NCBI GenBank assembly: GCA_039714075.1
Contig: JBDLKA010000095.1
Coordinates: forward strand, 1-12,486
Direction of reading: 5' to 3'
Source: Candidatus Krumholzibacteriota bacterium
Lineage (GTDB): Bacteria > Krumholzibacteriota > Krumholzibacteriia > LZORAL124-64-63
Length of the DNA: 12,486 nucleotides
Shown: piece by piece, positions 1-6,685 of the stretch
Numbering within the stretch: position 1 is the first letter of the stretch
Layout: every line of letters starts with the position of its first letter
Notes under the pieces: generated by a model
Seen by the model: the letters and a program-made list of their open reading frames with translations, nothing else
Told to the model about the DNA's origin: nothing
The model's database searches: none
Made by a program: the position numbers and the translations under genes

Positions 1-1674
1 GACCGCTACCGCGGCTGGCACATCAACGACACCGAAGCCTGCATCGGCTGCGGCACCTGCGCGGACATCTGCCAGAACTCGGCCATCGACATGGTGCCGA
101 TCGACGAGATCAACAAGGGCGACTCGGGACTGCGTCCCAATATCGACTACGGCCGCTGCTGCTGGTGCGCCCTGTGCGTCGACGTCTGCCCCAGCGGCTC
201 GCTCGGCCTGAGCAGCAACTACATCTGGGTGGACAAGGACCCCGACGTGTTCCGCTACACCCCCGGCGTGGACGCCAAGGAATGGGACGACGACGCCAAG
301 GGCTGGCGCAAGGACGACGGCTGGAGCATCATCGATCCGGACCGCGTGCCCATGCCCATGATGATGCCCGAAGAGGACCGGGTGAAGTCCTGGGCCGAAG
401 TCGTGCTCGGCTACACCGAGGAACAGGCCCGGGCCGAAGCCGCCCGCTGCGTGGAGTGCGGGCTGTGCATCGCCGCCTGCCCGGCCCACATGCACATTCC
501 CGACTACATCGCCTCCATTCGGGACGGACGTTACGAAGACGCCCTGCACCATATCTACGACAACAACCCCATGCCGGAGATGTGCGGCAAGGTCTGCACC
601 CGGCAGTGCGAGAGCGTTTGCTCCATCGGCGTTAACGGCGATCCGTTGGCCATCCGCTGGCTCAAGCGGTTCGCCACCGAGCAGTTCAGCGATTTCGGTG
701 CGGTGCTCAAACGGGATGTCCCCCAACTGGGCGCCGGCAAATCCGTGGCCGTCATCGGCGGCGGACCGAGCGGCCTGACGGTGGCTTTCTACCTGGCCCT
801 GCGCGGCTTCAAGGTGACCGTCCTGGAGGCCCTGCCCCAGGTCGGCGGCGCCACCTTCTTCGGCATTCCCAAGTACCGCTTCCCCATGCCCTCGCTCGAA
901 AAGCAGGTCAAACTGCTGACCGACTCGGGTGTGGAAATCAAGACGAACCACCCGGTCGACGCCGCGGAGTTCGCGCAGTTGCAGCGGGATCACGACGCCG
1001 TGTTCATCGGCACCGGACTGCTGAAACCTTCGAATCTGCGGGCACCGGGCGAGGATCTTCCCGGTGTGATGTACGCCATCGAACTGCTGCGCGACCACCA
1101 CGTCGGCAAAACCGTGGAAGTCGGCGAAAAGGTGGTCGTGGTCGGGGGCGGCAACGTGGCCATCGACGCGGCCCGCATCAGCCGCCGCCTGGGCGCCGAC
1201 GTGACTATCGCCTACCGGCGCCGCCTCGAGGACATGCCCGCCGACGACGAGGAGATCGAGGACAGCGAGGCCGAGGGCGTGCACCTGATCACCCAGAACA
1301 TTCCCCTGCGGGTGGAAAAACTGGTCGACGGCAGGCTCGATTTCATCTGGGGACCCGCCGAGATGGTCAGCGAGGGCGGCGGACGTCCGCGGCCCCAGCT
1401 CATCGAGGGCATCGAGAACCATCTGGAAGTGGACCGGGTGATCGTGGCCATCGGCCAGAAGCCGGAGCTCTCCTGGCTCCCCGCCGAAACGGCCGAGGCC
1501 ATCACCAACAAGTGGGGCGGCATCGACTGCAACGAGATCGGCATGACCGCGGTCGACGGCGTTTTCGCCGGCGGCGATCTGGTCAACGACACCGCCGACG
1601 CCATCAGCGCCATCGCCGACGGCCTGACCGCGGTCGACGGCATCATCAAACATCTCGGCTGCGAGGCCGGATAG
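1..1674 (+). CDS. NuoI-like 2x[4Fe-4S] ferredoxin fused to a GltD/SudA-like FAD/NAD(P)H oxidoreductase (5'-truncated by the window edge)
   Basis: Frame 1 is open from base 1 (DRYRGWHINDTEACIGCGTCADICQNSAID), so the ORF-track start at 91 is internal. It has a first CxxCxxCxxxC motif after RYRGxH and a second in IDYGRCCWCALCVDVCP. GltD-type motifs follow: AEAARCVECGLCIAACP, NPMPEMCGKVCTRQCESVC, FAD site VAVIGGGPSG, GIPKYRFP, nucleotide site VVVGGGNVAIDAAR, YRRRLEDMPA and GVFAGGD. Confidence 0.9.
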   Translation, partial: DRYRGWHINDTEACIGCGTCADICQNSAIDMVPIDEINKGDSGLRPNIDYGRCCWCALCVDVCPSGSLGLSSNYIWVDKDPDVFRYTPGVDAKEWDDDAKGWRKDDGWSIIDPDRVPMPMMMPEEDRVKSWAEVVLGYTEEQARAEAARCVECGLCIAACPAHMHIPDYIASIRDGRYEDALHHIYDNNPMPEMCGKVCTRQCESVCSIGVNGDPLAIRWLKRFATEQFSDFGAVLKRDVPQLGAGKSVAVIGGGPSGLTVAFYLALRGFKVTVLEALPQVGGATFFGIPKYRFPMPSLEKQVKLLTDSGVEIKTNHPVDAAEFAQLQRDHDAVFIGTGLLKPSNLRAPGEDLPGVMYAIELLRDHHVGKTVEVGEKVVVVGGGNVAIDAARISRRLGADVTIAYRRRLEDMPADDEEIEDSEAEGVHLITQNIPLRVEKLVDGRLDFIWGPAEMVSEGGGRPRPQLIEGIENHLEVDRVIVAIGQKPELSWLPAETAEAITNKWGGIDCNEIGMTAVDGVFAGGDLVNDTADAISAIADGLTAVDGIIKHLGCEAG

Positions 1675-1687
1675 CGGAGGTAGTGCC

Positions 1688-2167
1688 ATGGTCCGGGAAG
1701 GCGAAAGCAAGGCCGTGAATTTCGACTCGGTCGAAGAGGCTGTCGATTTCGCGATCGGCCAGGAAATCAAGGCCGCGAATTTCTACCGGGAATTCGCCGC
1801 CCGGGCCACCCACGCCGGTGTCAAGGCCATGTGCCTGGAAATGGCCGCGGAAGAGGACCGGCACAAGGAAATGCTGGAGAACCTCAAGGCGGGACTGCCC
1901 TCCGGCCTGGCCACCGAAAGGGTGACCGACCTGAAGATCAGCGACTACCTGCGCAGCTTCCGGCTCGACCCCGCAGCCGACCAGCAGGATCTGCTCATCG
2001 CCGCGATGAAGAGTGAAAGCAAGGCGGAAAAGCTGTATCTCGACCTGGCCGCCCTGTGCACCCTGCCCGAGGTGAAGGAAGTGCTCCTGCGTCTGGCGGC
2101 GGAAGAGGGCGCCCACAAGGACCGTTTCGAGAAGGAATACGACGACAACATCCTCGGCTCCAACTGA
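1688..2167 (+). CDS. Rubrerythrin-like ferritin-fold di-iron protein without a rubredoxin domain
   Basis: GGAGG RBS at 1676-1680. Two repeated E...Y...EExxH di-iron modules (AIGQEIKAANFY...EEDRH and AMKSESKAEKLY...EEGAH). No C-terminal CxxC pairs. Confidence 0.85.
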   Translation: MVREGESKAVNFDSVEEAVDFAIGQEIKAANFYREFAARATHAGVKAMCLEMAAEEDRHKEMLENLKAGLPSGLATERVTDLKISDYLRSFRLDPAADQQDLLIAAMKSESKAEKLYLDLAALCTLPEVKEVLLRLAAEEGAHKDRFEKEYDDNILGSN

Positions 2168-2186
2168 GCGCGGATCCGGTCCCGGA

Positions 2187-2215
2187 TTGGCAAGCCGGGG
2201 CCCGTGCCTTATCAT
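2187..2215 (+). promoter_or_regulatory. Putative sigma70 promoter for the SRAP-aldolase-beta-barrel unit
   Basis: TTGGCA (2187-2192), 17-bp spacer, TATCAT (2210-2215), in the intergenic gap about 46 nt before the SRAP ATG. Confidence 0.55.
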
Positions 2216-2261
2216 ATCACCCATTCGCTGAACGCCGACCCTCACGAATGGGAACTTCACC

Positions 2262-2966
2262 ATGTGCGGCCGCATCATTCTATCTTCGGCGCCCCACGTC
2301 CTGGCGGAGAAATTCTTCCTGGACAAAATGCCCGATCTGCTGCCCCGCTACAACATCAGCCCCACCACCGACATCGCCGCCGTCATCCCCAATCCCCGTG
2401 CGGACGGCCGGCTGGTGAAGATGTTCCGCTGGGGTCTGGTGCCCCCCTGGAGTCCGGGGCCCGAAGTCGGGGCGAAAATGATCAACGCCCGTGCGGAGAC
2501 AGTCCTGGAAAAACCCTCTTTCCGGGATGCGTTCACCTCCCGGCGCTGCCTCATTCCCGTGGACGGTTTCTATGAATGGCAGAAAAGGGACGGGGTCAAA
2601 CAACCCTTCGTCTTCCGCCGCAGGAACCACTCCGTATTTGCCCTGGCCGGGCTGTGGGAACATTGGGAATATCCCGGCAACCGCACCCTGGAAACGTGCA
2701 CCATCCTGACCACCGCGGCCAACAGCACCATGCGGCCCATCCATCACCGGATGCCCGTGGTCCTGCCGGAAAAGGACTGGAAGGTCTGGCTGGACCTGGC
2801 GCCGGACAAGGCCACCACTCTGACCAAGCTGCTGCAGCCCTGCGCCGCGGACGTCCTGCTGGCGCACCCGGTGACCCCCAGGGTGAACAGGCCCGACTTC
2901 GACCACCCCGAATGCCTGGACCCGGTCTGGGACGACCCCCGGGGACAGATGAACCTTTTCGAATGA
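2262..2966 (+). CDS. yedK: SOS response-associated peptidase (SRAP; YedK/HMCES family), abasic-site DNA-protein crosslinking protein
   Basis: N-terminal MCGR with the catalytic Cys2, plus RYNISPT, RWGLVP, INARAETV, RRCLIPVDGFYEW (catalytic Glu), FALAGLWE, TILTT and IHHRMPV (catalytic His). Confidence 0.93.
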   Translation: MCGRIILSSAPHVLAEKFFLDKMPDLLPRYNISPTTDIAAVIPNPRADGRLVKMFRWGLVPPWSPGPEVGAKMINARAETVLEKPSFRDAFTSRRCLIPVDGFYEWQKRDGVKQPFVFRRRNHSVFALAGLWEHWEYPGNRTLETCTILTTAANSTMRPIHHRMPVVLPEKDWKVWLDLAPDKATTLTKLLQPCAADVLLAHPVTPRVNRPDFDHPECLDPVWDDPRGQMNLFE

Positions 2967-2997
2967 CGGGCCCGGCCCGCCAGTTGAAGGAACGTCC

Positions 2998-3726
2998 ATG
3001 CAAGACAGTGCCACCCGGCAAGAGCAAGCACCCACCCCAGGACCCGGCCGCGGCCTGCGGCTGTTTCTCGATTCCGCCGATCCGGTCGAATGGTCCGCCC
3101 ATCTGCCCCGGGGTTTTTTCCACGGGGTGACCACCAATCCCCTCCTCCTGGAACGGGCCGGGCAGAAGTGCACCCTGGTAAACCTCCGGGATCTGGCACG
3201 GACCGCCCGGGACCTCGACGCCCGCGAGATCCAGATGCAGACCTGGGGACATTCGGTGGAACAGCTGGTCGCCACCGGGCAGGCGCTGGCGGAATTTGCC
3301 GAACCGTCCTTCGCCGTGGTGATCAAGATCCCCGCGACGGTCGAGGGATTCACAGCCGCCGGAGCCCTGCGACAGTCCGGACACGCGGTGACCATGACCG
3401 CGGTCTACACGCCGGGCCAGGTCATGGCCGCCGCCGGCCTGGGCGCCGCCTACGCCGCTCCCTACCTGGGCCGCCTGGACGACGCGGGGCGGGACGGCAA
3501 ACAGGTGGTATTGACCATGCACGATATCCTGGCCCGGACCGGATCGGGAACCCGGCTTCTGACCGCCAGCCTGCGCACCGCCGGACAGGTCGTTGACTTG
3601 GCCGCCCTGGGGCTGGATACTTTCACATTCGGAGTCCGGGTGGCCGCTGAGCTGCTCGCGTCGGGGATGACCGAAACCGCAGCCGCTGATTTCCAGCGGG
3701 CCGCCGAGGCCATGGGAGAAGAATAA
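2998..3726 (+). CDS. Transaldolase-family protein, fructose-6-phosphate aldolase (FSA)-like
   Basis: LFLDSAD, GVTTNP, Schiff-base Lys in VIKIP, TAVY, YAAPYLGRLDD and ASLR. GAAGGA RBS at 2986-2991. Confidence 0.88.
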   Translation: MQDSATRQEQAPTPGPGRGLRLFLDSADPVEWSAHLPRGFFHGVTTNPLLLERAGQKCTLVNLRDLARTARDLDAREIQMQTWGHSVEQLVATGQALAEFAEPSFAVVIKIPATVEGFTAAGALRQSGHAVTMTAVYTPGQVMAAAGLGAAYAAPYLGRLDDAGRDGKQVVLTMHDILARTGSGTRLLTASLRTAGQVVDLAALGLDTFTFGVRVAAELLASGMTETAAADFQRAAEAMGEE

Positions 3727-4208
3727 TGAAGAAATCGATCCTGCTGACATTGACCGCCTGCTTGATCCTGGGCGCCGGCACCGCCCACGCCCAGTCCTAC
3801 TACCAGAAGGAAGGCAGCCTGTACGCCGAGCTCTTCGGCAACGGGGGCGAATTGTCCGCGAACTTCGAGAAGTTCGTCGGCCGCAACGTGAGCCTCAAGG
3901 TGGGCGCCGGCCTGACGGGCGTGGCCTTCCGCAAGGGCTACGTGATCCCCTTCGGCGTGAGTTTCCTGCTGGGCGGCAGCCGGAACAAGATCGAGATCGG
4001 CGGCGGAGGCGCATGGGTCGATTTCGACAACAACGGCACCGACGACGTCATCTTCGACCTGACCGAGGACCAGGTGGTCGCCAACGGCGTGATCGGTTAC
4101 CGCTTCATCGGGGACTATGGATTCACCTACCGGCTGGCCTTCACTCCCGCCTACACCAAGGACGGCTTCAAGCCCATGGGCGGAGCGATTTTCGGCTACT
4201 CGTTCTGA
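3726..4208 (+). CDS. Secreted hypothetical protein, probable small outer-membrane beta-barrel
   Basis: Sec signal peptide MKKSILLTLTACLILGAGTAHA|Q, Gly/aromatic-rich amphipathic strands, and a C-terminal GYSF (terminal Phe, BAM-type signal). The start overlaps the upstream stop (TAATG). Confidence 0.7.
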   Translation: MKKSILLTLTACLILGAGTAHAQSYYQKEGSLYAELFGNGGELSANFEKFVGRNVSLKVGAGLTGVAFRKGYVIPFGVSFLLGGSRNKIEIGGGGAWVDFDNNGTDDVIFDLTEDQVVANGVIGYRFIGDYGFTYRLAFTPAYTKDGFKPMGGAIFGYSF

Positions 4209-4226
4209 TCGCCCTGCCGCTCCGGT

Positions 4227-5531
4227 CTAGGAAAGGTACTGCTTGAGCAGGCCCGCCAGCAGTTCCGGCACCAGCTTCATGCGCTCGGGCGACTCCACGT
4301 AGGCGATCCGCATCTGGGTCCGGCCCGGATTGGGGGCTCCCGGATCCACGCTGTAGAACCCGGCCATCGGGGCGGTCAACAGGGTCAGGGGCCGGCCTTC
4401 GATGTCCACGCTGCCGGTGCGCGCGCAGTACAGGACGAAATCCAGGGCGTCGAAATCGTCCGGGGCGATGTTCCTGACGTCCACCACGGAATAGATGCTC
4501 GCGTCGGGCCGGGACACGATCAGGCCCGGCAGCAGGTCCCGGGCGCGGGTGGTGAAATCCCGCAGCATCGCCCGGTAGTATTCCCTCTGTTCCGAGTACC
4601 AGGTGTGCAGATCCTCGTGGGACTGGCCCGCCAACCCCCCGAATATGTACTGGCCGATCACGTTCGAGCAGAGACCGGCCGTGTTTTCCGCCACCGACTG
4701 GGTGTGGAATTCCCGGTTGTCGGTCACCAGGGCGCCGATGCGCAGACCGCAGGCGTTCCAGACTTTCGACGAGGTCTCGATGCTGATCCGCCGCCCGGTG
4801 ATGCCGGGCACGTCCTGCTCGGTCAACCCCCACACGCTGACGGTTTCGTCATCGGTGTAATAAAGCTCCCGGTAGGCCTCGTCGCTGATCAGCCACAGCC
4901 CGTGCTTCACGCACAGGCGGGCCAGGTTCACCAGGGTTCCCCGGTCGTAAAGCTGTCCGGTGGGGTTGTCGTAGGGAATGACGACCAGGGCGCCGGGATC
5001 GTTTTCCAGGATGGTCTTTTCGATTTCAGGGACCGACGGCAGGGAGAAACTGCCGTCTTCGGCCAGGGTCCGCGTGATCGACACGGTCCGGCGACCCAGC
5101 CTTTCGGCGAAGGCCTTGTAGTTGGTGTAGGCGGCGTCGATCAGCAGGAGCGGTTTTTCCGTCGATCCGGCCGGGCCGCAACAGCCCAAAGTCACCAGTT
5201 CCATGGCCTGGCTGCCCCCGTCCGTGACCTGGCTGAACAGACCTGCGGTATCGAAGCCACTGGACGCGATGATATTCAGGAACGCGGCGTTGGTTTCCTC
5301 GAGACCGACCGTCGCGCTGTACTTGACCACACCGTCCGCGAAAGGACTTTCCGCCGCGGCCAAACCGCGCATCCGCTCCTGCATGGCCGGGTGCATGGGC
5401 AGTGACACGTTGCCGATGGCGACGTTGAGATCCCCGGTGGCGTCCCCGCGCTTGGCGAATTCGATCTGGGCCAGGCGGATGACCGAAGGACTGCGGTCGG
5501 CGAAGTGGGCGGAAAGGCTGGGGCCGGTCAT
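4227..5531 (-). CDS. PLP-dependent class I/II aminotransferase (aspartate aminotransferase-like fold)
   Basis: VTDGGSQAM, YTNY, PYDNPTG, ISDEAYREL and the PLP lysine in SSKVWNACGLRIG, with a C-terminal MRIAY. A GGGAG RBS lies upstream. Confidence 0.9.
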   Translation of the reverse strand: MTGPSLSAHFADRSPSVIRLAQIEFAKRGDATGDLNVAIGNVSLPMHPAMQERMRGLAAAESPFADGVVKYSATVGLEETNAAFLNIIASSGFDTAGLFSQVTDGGSQAMELVTLGCCGPAGSTEKPLLLIDAAYTNYKAFAERLGRRTVSITRTLAEDGSFSLPSVPEIEKTILENDPGALVVIPYDNPTGQLYDRGTLVNLARLCVKHGLWLISDEAYRELYYTDDETVSVWGLTEQDVPGITGRRISIETSSKVWNACGLRIGALVTDNREFHTQSVAENTAGLCSNVIGQYIFGGLAGQSHEDLHTWYSEQREYYRAMLRDFTTRARDLLPGLIVSRPDASIYSVVDVRNIAPDDFDALDFVLYCARTGSVDIEGRPLTLLTAPMAGFYSVDPGAPNPGRTQMRIAYVESPERMKLVPELLAGLLKQYLS

Positions 5532-5553
5532 GGTGCAACTCCCGTCGGAAGAC

Positions 5554-5970
5554 CTACTCCCCGACGACCTGCACGAAGACGCGCCTTTCGCGGGGATTGT
5601 TGTCGTGGTCGATGACCACGATCTGCTGCCAGGTGCCCAGGACCAGTTTTCCCCGGTGCACCGGCACTGTAATGTTGGGGCCCAGGAACGACGCCCGCAA
5701 ATGGGAAAATCCGTTGTCGTCCCCCCAGGTGGTCCCGTGACGGGTCGGCATCTCCCGGGGCCACAACTTTTCCAGGGCCTCGGTCATGTCGGCGGCCAGG
5801 GCGGGTTCGAATTCGATGGTGGTAATCGAAGCGGTCGACCCCACGGCGAACACGTTTACCAGGCCTTCCCTGACCCCCGACTCGATGACCGCGGCCTCGA
5901 CCTCGGAAGTCAGGTCGTGGATGTCGCTGAAGCCGCCGGTCCGGATCGTGATTTCACTTCCGACAATCAT
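5554..5970 (-). CDS. yjbQ: YjbQ/UPF0047 family protein (annotated as secondary thiamine-phosphate synthase enzyme)
   Basis: DIHDLT, GSTASITTIE, DNGFSHLRASFLG and LVLGTWQQIVVID. The 138-aa length is typical of the family. Confidence 0.9.
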   Translation of the reverse strand: MIVGSEITIRTGGFSDIHDLTSEVEAAVIESGVREGLVNVFAVGSTASITTIEFEPALAADMTEALEKLWPREMPTRHGTTWGDDNGFSHLRASFLGPNITVPVHRGKLVLGTWQQIVVIDHDNNPRERRVFVQVVGE

Positions 5971-5978
5971 TCGCTCCC

Positions 5979-6485
5979 CTACTCCTCGATCGGTTTCTCG
6001 AAGAGGGGAATTTCCCCCGCCAGCTGAAGTTCGATCAGCAGGTTGAGGGTGTTCTCCACCTGGACGAAACGGGCCGCAGCAACGGGATCCATTTCCTTGG
6101 CCACGATCTTGGCGGTCTTTTCCAGCAGGCCGACGTAGTCATTCCGGTTCTTGAAGGAGTTCTTCATGATTTCGGAGGCCTTGTCGTCGGTCATGTTTTC
6201 AAAGTGTTCCGCGTAGTCCTTGATGTTGGCGATCCGATGGTCCCCGATCTCGCTCAACTTTGTCTGATAATCCCGGTAGATGGGCCAGAAAACCTCACCC
6301 TGTTCCTCGGTCAGATTCATGCCTTCGGTCATGTAGGCGGTCTTGACGGTCTTCAGGTCCTGGCGGACCAGTTCCAGATACTGCTCGCCCTGGGCCTGGG
6401 CGGGAACCGCCGCAGCCAACGCACCCGCGACCAGAACCAGGCAGACAGCCAAAGTGGTGAAGTTACGAACGGTCATTGATTTCAT
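5979..6485 (-). CDS. Exported alpha-helical hypothetical protein with an LTxxQ motif (Spy/CpxP-like?)
   Basis: Start re-assigned to the ATG at 6485 (MKSMTVRNF...), which follows a G-rich RBS-like tract. Signal peptide ends in AQA|Q. It contains MNLTEEQGEVFWPIYRDYQ and a charged helical body. Confidence 0.7.
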   Translation of the reverse strand: MKSMTVRNFTTLAVCLVLVAGALAAAVPAQAQGEQYLELVRQDLKTVKTAYMTEGMNLTEEQGEVFWPIYRDYQTKLSEIGDHRIANIKDYAEHFENMTDDKASEIMKNSFKNRNDYVGLLEKTAKIVAKEMDPVAAARFVQVENTLNLLIELQLAGEIPLFEKPIEE

Positions 6486-6546
6486 GAGAGAACCCCCCGG
6501 TTGTAAAAAACTACCTCGTGACACTCAGTTTCATCAACAGGGAGGC

Positions 6547-6575
6547 ATTCTACTTTTTCGATCCCGGCCGGTCAA
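6547..6575 (-). promoter_or_regulatory. sigma70 promoter for the 6485-4227 operon
   Basis: On the - strand: TTGACC (6575-6570), 17-bp spacer, TAGAAT (6552-6547). It lies just downstream of the terminator of the large gene. Confidence 0.75.
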
Positions 6576-6622
6576 GTTTCCGTAGCAAAGAGGTTCTGTT
6601 TGCCGGGGCTCGAGATTTCAAC

Positions 6623-6654
6623 AAAAAAGGGAGCGGCCCAGAAGGGCCGCTCCC
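6623..6654 (-). terminator. Rho-independent terminator of the large secreted-protein gene
   Basis: On the - strand: GGGAGCGGCCC-TTCT-GGGCCGCTCCC (11-bp perfect stem) followed by TTTTTT, 31 nt after the stop codon. Confidence 0.92.
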
Positions 6655-6685
6655 GAACAGCGACGGCTGAAGAATTCCCAGGGAA

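Noticed and set aside
1544..1641. 17-bp direct repeat TGACCGCGGTCGACGGC at 1544-1560 and 1625-1641
   Set aside because: Both copies are in frame and encode TAVDG with preferred codons. There is no sign of an att site or a mobile element.
1672..1683. Possible TAG readthrough (pyrrolysine) fusing the oxidoreductase to the next gene
   Set aside because: The GltD domain is already complete, a second in-frame TAG follows at 1681-1683, and the next gene is in another frame with its own RBS.
2280..3750. 371-aa and 384-aa - strand ORFs over the SRAP and aldolase genes
   Set aside because: They are Arg/Gly/Pro-rich translations typical of high-GC off-frames and fully overlap well-supported + strand genes.
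6486..6545. Leader containing GUUGAUGAAAC, reminiscent of fluoride-riboswitch or hammerhead cores
   Set aside because: The other required conserved elements and stems are missing. Only a weak interrupted hairpin can form.
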